DNA of 64,000 nucleotides from Thalia democratica. Taxonomy: Eukaryota. Positions within the stretch are counted from its first letter, which is position 1. Every line of letters begins with the position of its first letter. The position numbers and the translations under genes are program-made. Shown here one piece after another: positions 1 to 14,500 of the stretch. The stretch lies in the NCBI GenBank assembly GCA_965202585.1, contig OZ241826.1, forward strand, positions 63,054,001-63,118,000, read 5' to 3'. The notes beneath the pieces are model-generated. The model was given only the letters and a program-made list of their open reading frames with translations, made no database searches and had not been told where the DNA came from.

Positions 1-817
1 TTTAAAACTAAGTGCAATTTTTTCAAACTTTGATTTAGTTTTTGTACTGAAGTTTCAAATAATAAAAGTACGTTGTGAATTATGTAATTTATTTGTCTCA
101 ACATAGAATAGTATTTTATAATTATTCAATTTAAAATCTTGATTATTGATGAAAATAAAACGAAATTTAATTTATAACTAAAATATATATATGACAAAAA
201 GTGCTAATTGAAAGATGAGCTTTTTAATACAAAAAAATTTTACTTAAAATAATTCTTGTATAAAAAAAGTTAAATTTTTAATTGAAAATGGTGAAAATAG
301 CATGTATTAGAAAAAAATTTCTAATTCAAGCTATCCTTGTATTAGTTTATAAAAAGTTATTACATTAAATACAAAAAATAAAATTTATTTATTTCAAATT
401 ACATACAGTTAACAAGTTGTCAAACAAGTATTATGAGTTGTTTAGTTTTTTTGATTTTATATGCTCAAAATAATTTAGCGATTACTGAGTATTTTGTTTT
501 TCATTATAAACAAAAAGTAAAATTGTATAGATTAGTAATTTATAGCAAGTAGTTAACTGCTTTAAATGCTTTGATATTTGTATTTTGCCTTGTATAAATT
601 ATATTTTAACATAAATGTTATACTTAAAAAAATGTCTTTATTTGTAAATACAAAATTGAAAGTTTCATCTTAGTGTTATAATCTTGGTTTAATATTTCAA
701 TAAAAAACGGCATATACTTATCTTAGAAATTTTTTTTATAGCTGTAAACAAAATAATTACCATGAGATTTTATACTCGAATTGATTTTTGTTTTATATGC
801 TCAAATATGAAATACAG

Positions 818-880
818 AAAACAATTGCAAGAAGAGGAGGAAGCAAGACTTGAAAGGGAAAAAAAGCGAGAAGAAAGAAG
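818..880 (+). CDS. Caldesmon-like gene exon: KQLQEEEEARLEREKKREER
   Basis: tacag acceptor ends 817; gttagt donor at 881; phase 2 on both sides; purine-rich coding bias. Confidence 0.8.
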
Positions 881-3800
881 GTTAGTTATGATAAATATTA
901 TGCAGAATAAATAAAGTTCTATAAATAATAACAGGGTAGCATATTTAAATGTTAGGCAATCCGTTTATTCTTATGTTTACTATATAGTACTATTGTACTA
1001 TTATTACTTTTATAGGTTCTATTATAGTATTATATAATTTCGTAAGCACTATTAACAATATTATTAAACTTTTGTTGTTTTTAATGGTGAAATATACAAA
1101 AGATATCATATAGTATAACTTTTACAAATGTATTCTAAATAAAAATTCAATGTATTTTTATTTTGATAAAATAATTAATTTCTATAATTATTCTAGTTTA
1201 TTTTTTCTTTAAAAATATACTCACAAACTTTAAAAATTTCAAATTTGTTTAGTCCTATAATTTATTTTTGGTTTAGTAGAAAAAATTTTTCATATGTAAT
1301 TACGTTATTAAGTTTTTATATTAATTTTTTGGAAATTAAAACAAAAAGTTGTTAGTAAAGCATTCGAATGGTTATGAAAATACGATGTTTAAACCACAGT
1401 TTAGTTTTCGCTTCGTTCAAAAGATTTAGTATATTTAAATTATTTTAAATAGTCATTTTAAACTTTGGAATAATCATAGTTAAAGTTTTATCTATGTGGT
1501 CTTAATTACAAGCGTTATAAGTATACAATGAAAATTAAATATTTATCGTAAAAAATGTAATTTATGTTATTTTGTTAATAGTTGTCTTGGACCGTAATTT
1601 TTTAAGTTTTATGTGCGTATTTTCAATTTTTACTCATTTAAAACTAAATTTTCTTGAGCTATTTTTGTTTTATTTGTTAAAAAATTAAAAATAATCAGTT
1701 AGGGTAAATCACTTTGATTATTTTTAAGTATTACAGTGTTTATTTTTAGGAAAAATTGAAAACGACATGTTTATATGGCTTATATAACCAATCTTGAAGT
1801 TTTTTCTTTTACATTTAAAAAGACTCCCTTGTAATAAGTTAAAAGTCAGAGACATTTGTTTGTACCAAATATCTGTACGTAGCTAAATTGTTTTTATTTA
1901 TAAGTAGTCTTAAGAAATGTTTTGCTTAAACTTTAGTGACTGATAGTATTATTAAATAATTTAAAGATTCAAATTAAAACAAAGTAATACAAAAATAGTT
2001 TATAAAAGTTTATTAATTGAATACAGTTTAATACTTAGAACTTTAAAAAATATTTACTAGCTTTTAGTTAAATAATAATTGAAATTAATTTAATAAGTAG
2101 TTGAGTTGTCTTATAAAAAGTTGTTATAATGTTGTATAACTACTACTAAAATGTAAACTGAAAAATAATAGAGGTAAATATTTTTTAAACTTTTCGAAAT
2201 GACAAAAAGTTATAGGTATATTGTATACTATCTGTAATATTTTTGTTAAATGTTTAGCTTTCAGTGTTATTTAAATAATGGAACAGCCTTTTCAAAATTG
2301 CTGCACTTTTTATATTTTAGGCCAGAACAAGATAATTAATTCAAAAATTGCTTGAACTATTATAAAAGTAAAAATTAGATAGTTATTAAATATTCTTGAC
2401 TTTTCTTGTGCAAAGCTATATATTATGGAGATAATGTGAATCTTCATTTACACGATTACACTCTATGTAATAATAATTGTTTGAATATTTTATCATTGTT
2501 ATCTAAATTGTAGCATTTCTGACTTTGATGTATAGTAAAACTGATTTATTAACTTTTTGTTAGATAATATTATCGTTTGTCTTCACATTTTACCGCAACA
2601 GATGTGAGTAAAATTTTAATATTAGAATAGAGCGATCCTTCTTTCTTACAAAATAAGTAAAAATACAAAATTTTAAAGCCTTGTAAGAATTTTTCAGTTC
2701 TTTTTTGTAAGCTGATTGAGAGGTCAAAAAATATTAAAACGTTAATAATGTGATAAGTCAGTAATAACTTAAAACTTGAAATAAAAGCTGGAGGTCTAGT
2801 TGTTATTGTTGCATTTTTTTATGAAATGATAGCCTATACACAGACTTTCATTGGAATTTCATTTGTTTATACAAGTAGTTTAAACTTTTTTTGAAAAGTT
2901 AGTTTTGCAGTTTTATAAACTTTTTGAAGTTCCATAGAGTTAGACTTATAGTTTATAATTGTTTCACACTAGTCTAATAACTTTTCACTAAGTAGAACAG
3001 TCGGAATGTACGTTAGTTTTTAATTTTATTAATGTTTTTAGTCATTGATTAGACACAAGGAACAAATTTTGAATAAGATTTCTATTTTTTTTCTAAAGAT
3101 TACAAGAACATCTAGGGTTAGAATGTTTTTTTGTTTAAATTAGGTAAATAAGTAAAGTTTCTGATTAACTTAAAAGTTTTATTTTGAAGACGACAGACTT
3201 ATTGTATAGATATTTTGGTACAGTATAAGTTTCAAGTAAAATTTTTGTTAGGTTTTAGACTAAGCTTATTAGTTATAGTTTATTAAACATGATAAAATAA
3301 TCAACGTTCAAAATTTTTGGTCAAAGGAACTGGTTATAGAAAGACCTTTGGTCATCGAGCTACTTACTAATATTATATCAATAAAATTTTTCAATTTCAA
3401 AAAACATGCTTAATTTCTTTAATAATTTTATTGTTCTTGTCAAACTAGTTAAACATCAGATTTAAAAGCTTTAAGACAACATTTTAAAGTAAAGTTCATG
3501 GAACACAGAATTACAACATTTCTTAAAGATAGTTTTATATATGAATATAAAGATTATTTTTATTTAGAAATATTTTACTATTAAAACCGTATATGTCTAA
3601 AATATAGGTTGTTTTGGTTTGAAAGCTCTATTTATAATGATTTGAAATAATTGCTGAATTTTTTGGTTTTTGATAAATAAAAAAAATATTGCATTTGTAC
3701 AATTAAAACTTGTTTTTTGTAATTTATCTGTACTGTATAAGTATTGTAATGTTATTTTATTGTTTTGTAAAACTAAAAAAAAAACTAATAAATTTAAGCT

Positions 3801-4516
3801 ATAATACCATAAAAACCATTGCTTAAACCTAAGTCTTTAAAGAAAGTATAAAAAATGAGCCGTAGAAGATTAAGGTTAGTAAAAAAAAGTATTTATAAAT
3901 ACTGTTTGTTTTACTGTCTTATTGTATTACTAGTAAATAGTTTTTAGACTTTTGTAATGTAAGTCTTTAATGTTTTGTGTTCAACGAAATTTATCATATA
4001 GTTATTAATTTTGAACTAGTCGACTACTAAAAGGTAGTTTTAAATTTAGCTTTAATTTAAGTTTAAACCAGTTTGTAAAACATTTTGATTGGAATTATCA
4101 ATTACATATTAATTATGGTTTTCATTTATATAAGGTTTAATTTGATTCACAGAGAGTTATTGTATATTTTCAGCAATTAAAAAAAACTTAATTAAATAAA
4201 AAAAACTAATTAGTTTATAGTTATAATTTGTTTTTCTGTTGGAACTATCAGCTAAAGTTATTAAAAAGTTTTGTATAATTTTGTTAAAGATTGAAAGTTT
4301 GCAAACTAAAAAGCCTACATGCCGTTTACAGTTTGACTTAAAAAAAATTAATCTTGCTCTTATAGAATATTACCGTAAAGTTTAATATATAACATTTGAT
4401 TAAGATTTTCGCCATAGTATATGTAAATTCATGAAAAAAAAGCTTGTTTGAAAATCCTTATTAGATTTTAGTAACGTAAGTTTTGAGTTAGGATCAAGTT
4501 AACGAAGAAACAAAAA

Positions 4517-4797
4517 TTAATTAGTATTAAATAAATAGAATTGTTATGGTGTTTCAGCGCACTTGTGATCGAACTTTACCGATTTCTAAGGTAGGTAAAT
4601 ATGATATTATATCTTGAAAACATGTTTTAAATAAATGTTATTGTAAGAACTTTATATTTTAAGCTATTAGTAAATTAAGATCAAAAAGCGTTTTAAGCTT
4701 TTTGATTTATATTTAAAGTAATTGTTAGTTGAATAAAAAGTGAATAAGTGCGCTGAAACACCATACCAATTCTATTTTTCCTAATTTATTATTAATT
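4517..4797. mobile_element. MITE/fold-back element with ~32-bp core inverted repeats
   Basis: 4533-4564 aaatagaattgttatggtgtttcagcgcactt is the reverse complement of 4746-4777 with 1 mismatch; AT-rich flanks extend the symmetry. Confidence 0.65.
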
Positions 4798-4855
4798 GTT
4801 ATTTAGTTTTTCTGATTTAAATTTTTTAATCTGAAAAAAAAAACGCTTTAAACAG

Positions 4856-5222
4856 GAGACAACGTGAAGTAGAAAGACAAAAAATGGCAGAATCTTTTGA
4901 AACAAACGTTTATAAAAAGTCTGCTATAAATTCTATGCAAGTAACTCAAGAACAAGACAAAATGAACGATAATTTAGTTAAGAAAGAAGAAGAGTTAAAT
5001 ACTGTTAAGACAGCAGTAAAAGAACAAAACGCTACTGATGAAAGTGAAAATGTAGTGGTTGAAAAGCCAGTTGAAGAATTGAAAGTAGAAGCAGCACCTG
5101 AACAAGATGAAAGTGGAGATTTATTAGATAAAGTGGATGATGAACCTGTTCTCGACGGATCAGAAAACAATAACTCAAGCAATGAAGATAATGTAGATTC
5201 GAAGAGCGATTCGAAATCCAAA
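4856..5222 (+). CDS. Caldesmon-like gene exon: RQREVERQKMAESF...SDSKSK (acidic spacer)
   Basis: aacag acceptor 4854-55; AG|G completes Arg from previous exon; contains ORF 4884; gtcagt donor at 5223, phase 0. Confidence 0.85.
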
Positions 5223-7883
5223 GTCAGTTTTGCTTTTATTCACTTTATAGGCTTATAAATTTTAGATAAAATTTTAAGGTATACGAGATATAGTAGTTTC
5301 GTTAATGGTTATTTACTATACAGAAAATTTTTATAGTTATGTTTCATTTCTGTGATATTTTTATTAATTATTTCTGTTAAAATTCAAAAATTAGCTGTTT
5401 TTGTATAATTTACTAATATGCATAGTTTCATCAATACTTTTTATACCTCATTTTATCAAGACTTATTTTAAAATAAACTCGGTAACGGTTTCTATATTTA
5501 TCTTAAAAATAATATTTAGAAAAGTATCTATTTAAAACTTGATGATTTTTATTGGTCTGCTATAGGATTGCTAATCGTGCATTATTCTATTTTTTATCAA
5601 TTTAATAAATTAATGATTTATACAGATTTTATTTTGTTAAAGAACGAAGTCCATATCAAAGATATACAATTTAGTAAAAAACATAATTTATTTTTATTTT
5701 ATAAAAAAGAATGAAGTCTATAGAATGGAGCATAAGTTCTAATAACAATGTATTTTACGAAAAATCTTGGCATCTAAAGGTTATTATGATTTCTAAGATT
5801 AAGTAGAGATAATTTTGAATTTTTAGATGAGTTAAAATAAAATAAATGTGTTCCATTACTATACGCTAAATTCAAAACCAAAATTTTTAGTTTTTAAGAA
5901 TAGTAAAATGTTAAGTTATTTTTCTATAGCTTTTTAATAAGCTTGAAAGACGGTACATAAGAAGATCAATACAGTATAAAACATAAAAAAAAAAGCCAGT
6001 AGTTTGTGACTTTGTTTCGAAACGACGTGTACGGTAAATTAATAAAGATTTATTTAATTAATGATAACTAAACTAGCAAATAAAGGATGAAAAATAATTT
6101 TGTTTTCTAACTAACTAACTAAAGCTATTTAGAATTTGTATCTTTGATTTTTCTAAGTTTGTCGTAACTAAAAAAGGATGATATTATCAGCTTTTTGTCT
6201 ATGTAGTGTGTTTGGTACTATTTACTTGCTTTAAAATAAAAAAAAGTCGTAAGCCTTTTGTCTACCTTATTGTTTATAAGGTGTTAATAAAATATAATGC
6301 TATGTTATGTTATACTCTTCTGATGAATATAAAACTTCAAAGGCTTTAAATTGTTTGTGAAAAAATTGCCTTTGATATAGGTCAATTAAAAGAAGTCAAT
6401 ACATTTTTGTTATTATTTAGTGAAGTATTTTGCATTTTTTTTCAATATTACAACTATGGTTTACTACGTTGAACTCGAGTTCTAAAAGAACTTGAATCAT
6501 ATTTTTTATGAGCTTGTTGCGTTTATTTGTTTTTATTTACTTTTAAAAATTTTATTTAATTGTACCCAAAAAAAAACTTAATTCTCAGGTTCAATTTTTT
6601 ACATATAATATATATATACTTCTTAACTACATATGCTTTGTTCATAACCTAAAAAAAAAGTTTTTTTTTATAGACTAATGATTCAATTTATTTGTGAAGT
6701 CTTTCGTAATTTATGAGGTTTTCGTGGATATTTATTTTCATATTTTAGACGTAATATAAAGTTTAACGTTATACTTAAGTTTGCCGCAAGGCATTTTAAT
6801 TTTACCTTATATAGCCCTAAAGCTTGCTTGAGACGAATTTATGTGTATATTTAATGAACTTATAAGTATGTGAAGAATTTAAACCAATAAGAACTAAAAT
6901 GTTTGCTGAATGATAGCTTTAACTGTGAATTACGAAACATACGTATATAGTTAAGGAGACTGCTTTAAAATGAGTTTAATTTTATTTTCAGTACTAATAG
7001 AATTAATATATTAATATTTGTATTGAAGTCAAAAATTAAAAAAACAATTAAATTTGGTTTACTTAATTTTACTTTAAAACATTGAAATTAAACACTTTTA
7101 ATACTTTAAATGTCAGTCATAATTTATTTATATATTTAATGAAAGTAGCTTCTAATATGAATATATCTATTCTAATAAAAATACTATTTCACATAAAATG
7201 AAATTGTTGCAAAGTTTGTTTAAAAAAAAACCAGCATAAAAGTTTAATGTTTAACTTATAAATTTGTTTACTTCCGAAAATATACACGATTTACTCACTC
7301 GATTTTAATACGCTTAGCATTTCTTATGACATAATCAATACCTTAAAAAAGTTTTCATAGATAAAAAATGTTAAAACAAATTGACGTAACTAATAAACAC
7401 ACGTTTAAAGAAAATGTTAGCTTATATAGAAATTTTAGTTTTGTAGATTAATGTTATTTTTGTTTCCATTTAAAAAATAGAATGGTCTAGGGCAAACCTT
7501 TAACAGGCCAATTATTCTAACTTATCTAAATCCATAAAACTGTTAATGAATAACTTAAAAAGCTAAGTTGTTTAAAAGACGTATCTAATGATTAATGTTC
7601 TGTAAAAGATAATTGTATGTAACTAATTAGATGCTTTATCCTTAGCAAGTAATATTAGATAAAGTTTATATTTTTTAATTAAATACTTCAAAATAATCTT
7701 TCCGTAGAGAATGGCAAAGACTGTTGAGTTTTTATTAGTTTACTTTATTACTAATGATTTCACTATATAATTAATGATTTTGATAGCTGATCTGCAATAA
7801 CTTTATTATAAATTAAGTTTTATAAGACACGAATTTGAAAGAAATAATTAAGCATAAAATTTTTGAAAATTATAAAAACATAG

Positions 7884-8095
7884 GTTGAAGATATGGAATG
7901 TTTAGATTCTGAAGAGGAAAAAGTGAAAAATATAGGAGTGGAAGATTCAGAATCAAATGAAGGAGAAACCGATGTTGTCGGTGAAAATGAGCCAAATCAA
8001 AATGGAAAGCCGTCATCAGAGTCTGCTAATGTTTCTGTTGATACTAAAGAAAACTTTCCCAAACTTAAAAAAGTAGAGAAAAAGTTGAATGAAAT
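7884..8095 (+). CDS. Caldesmon-like gene exon: VEDMECLDSEEE...KKLNEM
   Basis: catag acceptor, phase 0; contains ORF 7893; gtgagt donor at 8096, phase 2. Confidence 0.85.
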
Positions 8096-10154
8096 GTGAG
8101 TTTTGTGGAGACAATATTGTTACTTATATATTAAAAAAATTTGATTATAAGCAAAATTATGGTTTGTTTTTTGTTTATAGTAAAATACTTGCCAATAATG
8201 CATAAAAAAAAAGAATCAGTACTAATAAGTTTGTATCTTTGAATTATCACTACCATAATGTTATTAATTATTGTAATATAACTACTCACAGATATTAAGA
8301 AATAAAAGCAAAATTTTCAGAGTTCTTTAAACTTGCAATTTAATTAACCTTGTAGATTGAATCTAATTCTTTTTTGATATAATATATACTGTTGAAAGGT
8401 GAAGTTGTTTAATTTCGCTAGAACAATTGTTTTTTTTACACAAATTTTAATCATATTCAGTCTGCTGAGTTTAAAGCTTTTACTTTATAGCTATTTTTAA
8501 TAAGTAGTTTTATGATTCAACCAACTATGAAGCTTTGATGCTATTGGTCAAAACTTCTACTCCTTTTTAAACCAAAAATCTTCTTCAGGCTGCGCCCCTT
8601 TTTAGTAAGTGCCACTTAAAATTCCTTTTAAATTTGTACGCAAGTTTAAGTTGCTTACAAAATATAGTTCTAGCTATAGAAAGCATTAAAATTAAACAAC
8701 AATTTCTAATAAATGCATTAGTGGTAATTAAATTTCATTGCTAACTATAATTACAGTTAAATTACTCTGTCTTTATAAAGTTTAAGGATGATCGTAAGAA
8801 AAGGCCTAAAGACTACTTACTGTGAACTATAAAAGTAAAAACTTCAGCTAAAGGTTTAATATTTTGTCAGCTTTAAAAGTTTTATACTTACAAAACTTAC
8901 ATTTTTATTTTCAATTTCTTTAAAACTTTTTATGCAGTTAACATTGTCAGCTTTTTAAACTTTGCAACTCTATGCAAAATATTACTAAAAGTTTTAAATG
9001 CAATTGTTAACATTAAATTTTTATTAAGATTTAACGATAGAAAAATATGTTTTAAAATTTGAGTGCACTTTTTGCTTCAAAAGTAATTATATAACCTATA
9101 TACTTAGAACTGATATATTTATAAATGATACATTAAGTATGGTTAATAGTTGTTTAGTATAAAAATAATTGAAATCAAGTTTTGAGATAGTAAAATATAA
9201 GCTACTTTAAACGTTTATTCAAACAACTCATAACCCTTAAATATTTGTTAAAAAAAGAATTAAACTTATTACAATCAGTTAGTTAGATTTAATTATCAGT
9301 TACAATTAAATAAAGATTTAAAATTTGTTAAATTTTAACTTGTGAAATTAAAAAGTGTTATAATTTTTAGTACATATACAGTAAGTACTATATAAATAAG
9401 ATTATAAAAACAAATTTATTGATTAGAAATAATGTAAATAAAATAAAACCAAAAACAAGAACAAACAAAACAAAAAATAAGTTGACTTGTACATAAGTTG
9501 TTTTTAGAATAGGCTAACTAAAATTATTCAATTTTACTTGAAACGTCACGATGTGTTTTTTGTGTGATTCTTCAAAATTTTGCTTTGTACTTTATTTGGT
9601 TCTGAAGATATGTGCTAAACATTGAAACTGAGTAAACAATTCGAAAATTAGTTGTTTTTTTATATTATAAATAAGACTATATATATTTTTTGAGAGTTAA
9701 TTTAACAGTTTGCAACACCTTAAATTTGTCTAAAGTGTCTCTAATATTTAAAACAAAAACAGTGTAAAACGATCATTTTTGATACAAAATTAAAAAACAG
9801 TTTCACACTTTTAATTTTTAAGACAACGAACTATTATTAAGTATAATTTTTTTTAATTTTTCTTTTCTTTTTTTGAACATAAAATATGAAACAAGCAAAG
9901 TCTTTAATATTTTTAAACTTATATATTTATAATAATAAAATAAGTATCTGTAGAGTTATTTAGGTAAAAAATCACTGACAATAGGATTTTTTTCATAGTA
10001 CCAATAGACTTAATAATAAATTTGTGTGACAAAAAGTATTGGTTACTAAATGTATATAATGATAACGTAGAACTGGTTGCAACAATTAATTATGAAGTAT
10101 TATTAACTGTTTGAAGCTTTTTAGTAATATTTTTAATAAAAAAAAAAATTTTAG

Positions 10155-10197
10155 GCCAACAACCACTTCAGAAAATGAAGCAATGAAAATGCTCAAG
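10155..10197 (+). CDS. Caldesmon-like gene exon: PTTTSENEAMKMLK
   Basis: ttttag acceptor; AT|G completes Met; gtaaat donor at 10198, phase 0. Confidence 0.8.
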
Positions 10198-11013
10198 GTA
10201 AATTTACAGTTTTATTAGAATGTATATAATTACAAAATTCTAAACTTTTTAAGCTTTTTTTTATTACTTTAAATTTATAAAATACTTAATTATAAAGTTT
10301 ATATGTTATTGCTCATTTACAGCTACTTGAGTGTTTTTAATACTGTACAAACGTATAAAGTTAACAATAAAGTATATTTTTATTTTCATAAGATGTATAA
10401 ATATTTAAATACAAGTATGATTAAACTATAAGCATTTACTTATAAGCAATTATAGCAAATGAAAAACAAAACTAATAGATTTTGAGTAGTAAATCATTTA
10501 ACTAACAAATTTCATAAAATTTTCAAGAGTATTTTAAATTATATTTATTTTGATTTAAATGATCTTGTTTGTAGATTTTTTTCTTATAGGCTTAGCTACT
10601 TTTTACAGTCTGAGTTTTCAGAAATATATATATTTAATGGTGAATTATTTTAAAATTTGTGCAGTTGTCTATAACACTAATCTTCAACCTTTTCAAAAAG
10701 TGTACACAGTGAATAATTTTTGTGCACACTAGACTTAAAAAAAATACAAGTTATAAAAACAAAAAAACTTTTTTGAAATACTTTTGGAGTATTGATATAA
10801 AAGTAGCATACTAAGAACTGTTGATATTTATTATAAATAGACTTTTTCAATGGTAAAAGACAAGAAAAATGTCTTTTAAAATACGTTTTTTAATATTATT
10901 AAATTTTCAATGCACACTACTGCACAGATGCACATTGTGACGACCACTGGTCTATGCATTTGGTAAAGTAAAATACTTTGTATCTTATATTGCTATTTCA
11001 TCTACCTTTTAGA

Positions 11014-11174
11014 CTATGGAGTCGGCAAAATGCGGCCCAAAAAAATCTTTGAAAATATACTAGATATTCTGAGGTTTGAAATTAAAAGCAAAAAGTAAAA
11101 CTACAACTGAAGTCCGCGAGTATTTATGTTTTTGAAATTTGGCCTGCGACCACCAAATGACTGCCGATCTTTAG
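11014..11174. mobile_element. Degraded hAT (Charlie-type) MITE
   Basis: Left ctatggagtcggcaaaatgcggccc resembles the Charlie end CAGGGGTCGGCAAAC..CGGCCC; right ggcctgcgac...aaatgactgccgatc; TSD not convincing. Confidence 0.45.
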
Positions 11175-11488
11175 TATATAAGTATTTTGTATACCCTGTC
11201 TAAATTACTTCTAATATATAACACCTAACAAATATTTTGTATTATCAACGAAGAAAAAAAAAATTCTTGTAGAATCTGACGTCCGTGCACTTTTCAATTT
11301 AAAACAACAAACGTTAAATAATTATGCTATTTAATTTAACTTACATGTAATGTATGGTAAGTTTTACTGTTAAATTATGTTTCTTGTAGCGCAAGTTGAT
11401 TTCAAAAACTCTTTGTAATCTGTGATCCCTTATGTTTATGTAGTAAAAAAATATTCGTTTATTTCTTTACTGAAGTTATATTTGCCAG

Positions 11489-11584
11489 GAATTAAAACAA
11501 AAGAGACAAATTGGCGCCGAAAAGAAGCTTGAAGAAAGCAAAAAGATCTCAGATGACATTTATAATAAAATCGAAGAAAGAAGG
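11489..11584 (+). CDS. Caldesmon-like gene exon: ELKQKRQIGAEKKLEESKKISDDIYNKIEERR
   Basis: ttgccag acceptor; gtaaga donor; 96 nt, phase 0-0. Confidence 0.85.
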
Positions 11585-14500
11585 GTAAGATATATATATT
11601 TTTTTAAGTGTTTAATAAATAGTTTAAAGTAAACAAGATAAGTCGCTTAGTTGTTCTAGTCTTTTAAGATTAAACTGATTTGTAATAGAAAAACATAAAT
11701 TTTCTTAGTTTTAAACAAACAGGCAAGTTTTATTGAGTAATTTGATAGTGAATATTAAAACTGAAATAGTTCTAAAAAAAATCTGGTCTGGATGTTAAAT
11801 TTTTGTTACAACTTTTTTGAGTGTTTTTAAAACTTCCATTAAAACAAATAGAGAAAATTGTTCTTAACTGAAATTATATATTTACATTAATAAAACTATG
11901 TTTTTCAACAATTACCAAAGTTAGTTTAAATAGCAACTATATATTTTTTTTGATACTTTTAAATACTAGTTATTTTTTATATTATTTGAAAGTCCCACAA
12001 AATATAGTTTTGTTTATAATAAGAAAACTAAATTTAAGTTATACTTAAAATTGATGTATATTTGTTTATATTGATAATAAATTTTGTGTGCTTAAAAAAT
12101 TATACTAAACTTAAAATTTGAAAGTTTTTTAATTAAATTTAATTTTTTTTTCGCAGCTAAGTTGGTATTGCATTTAAAAAAAAAAAAGTTGGCTCTTACG
12201 TTTTGTATAAATAGTTATTCCAAAAACCTATTTCTAAAGAGCTTATAAGCTTTTTGTGGAGAAAATTTGACCTTCATTAGCACTGTTAGAATTTATAAAA
12301 AATATTCTTACTCGTTATAAAGCTTTAAGGAATGCAGTAATTTATATTGTAATAAGATTTTTTAACTTTTTTGTAAACTATAGTTCTGTAATGTAGTATG
12401 TTTATTAGAATAAAAAATGCAAAAAACACTCAATTAGTGACAACTTTTTGTTATGTTTAGAGCAATAAAAAGATGAACCATTAGTTAAATTTAACAACTA
12501 AGTTTGCAAGTTGATGAGATTTCCGTATACTTTTAATAAAATTTTATAAATTAAAACAACCTCTATAAATTATTTTGTACATTTTGGTTATTTTTACCAA
12601 AAAGTATTTTTTATTTCCTGTTAGATTTTAAGTTCTATGCAATGTTTATAGCAGAAGAAAACGTTGTACTAATTAAATACTTTTTTGTATCCAGTTTATT
12701 CAAAGCTTTGCAGTTTAAAAAAAGTATATATTCATATAAAAAAAATATATATACTTTGCAATTAGTCAAATTTTATACACTTGGGTTACATGAACATGAT
12801 TTTATTAAAGTAAATTACTTTACGTTTTGCTTATTATTTTCTCACGGAAATAGATTACGTATTCAAACTTTTATGCATATTCGGAAATTTTTAAGACTTT
12901 TTATAAAAGTATTAATGTTTGTAAGTTATAAAATATTTTTTTCTTGTAGAAAATTTCACTTAAATTTTTTTTATTGTGTATGGAATGAGTCGTGACTGAA
13001 TAAATTAATTTTTCTATTGAAGTTAAGGCTATACCTGTATAAGATAAAATTTTCCATTTTATAGTTAATTAATTTTAATTTTATTAAATATTTTTTGTTA
13101 AAGTATATAATCGTTAAAAGTATACTATTAGTTTAAACTTTTTATACTGGAAGATTATAGAAAATTTTTCAAGCAGTCAAAATATATATTTCATGAATTA
13201 ACAACTTATTAATCTAATTATATTTTATTTTTTAAATTATTTATTTCATTATAAATATGCAGATAAGTTTATACTTTATATTAGAAACAGTTTGAAAACT
13301 TTTATCAAATAAAAATAAAAGTTTGGTGTAGATTATCACTACTTTTGTTTTTATGATTATCTTAGATAAAGTTCATAAAAAAAAAAGTAGAAAAATGTTT
13401 TTTTTAATTTTTACACGTAAAAGTAAATGTTCATCATATCAATGCAGACTATTCATTATAAAATAGTTTTTGTTTATAAAAAATAGTTATTACATATTTT
13501 TAAACCATTAAAAGTATAAAAAAATCTCATACTTAAATTATTACACAATAATGAATTTATTAAAAACAATTAGAAAATAAGTTATAAAAAAACTTTGTGA
13601 GTTTAAATTACAGTTTTGAAAATTGAATTATTTTAAATATGATCGAAAAGTCGTTTGTTTGTACGCAATGAACCGTAAAATTGTTTAAACTATGAAGTTT
13701 TGACAAAAAAGGAATAGAGAAGTAATGGATTTTCTTTGAAGTTATGATTTTTCGTTTATTAAAAAAATATACTTTACAATTTCTTCTAAAAGTAAATAAA
13801 AAACAATTTGTAATTTTGTTTGTAATAAAAATTTATATTCGACAATTAAGCTGTAGTACTTATAGTAATTATTAGTTTAACTTTAAATGTTACTTTTACT
13901 TTTAAGATGAATCAAACATTAACATGTTTAAAGCTTTAAAAAAACTACTGTTTTATTTAAACAGTCTAATCAAAAAGAAGTCATGACTAACTTTGTAGTT
14001 TGTTTTTATTAAGCATGTAAATAAGTATGTAAAGTGTACACTAAGGTTTCCCTAAATGATAAATTTTAGCAGGTCATTGGAAAAAAAGTGGGCGATATAA
14101 AATTAGTAGGCGTTTAATACAGCTCTTGTTTTTCAAACACCTACATTAATAAAACAATGAGTTTATAGTTCAAAACTATATCCCTGAGGTCAAGTTCAAA
14201 ACATAAGTCATGTTTTTTTGCATAAGTTATGGAAAAACACGCTTTAAGGCATGAGTTGTTGTTTTAAATTCATTAGCCTCATTCTTTTTAAGTAAATTAA
14301 ATAAAAATTGTGTATAAATTCGCGAAAATGTTCAATTAGTAAGTTGTGTGTATTTGTATATACAATAACTTTTTAACCAAACTTATTACATTTCAAAAAT
14401 GATTCGAACTTTTTATGTTTTGTAAAAAGCAAATGATATAGAGCCGTTATTAACTAAAAAATAACACAACTACATTACAACTCTCTTACAACCTTTTTAT

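Noticed and set aside
4946-5221. Antisense ORF here, plus overlapping ORFs at 25152-27171 and 56378-63767
   Set aside because: Shadow frames of real exons in low-complexity coding sequence
12642-12995. 117-aa F/K/I-rich ORF (also 17411, 20277, 31006, 32739, 47680, 52096, 52768, 53083)
   Set aside because: Composition typical of chance ORFs in AT-rich introns or repeats, or alternate frames over true exons; no phase-compatible splice sites or motifs
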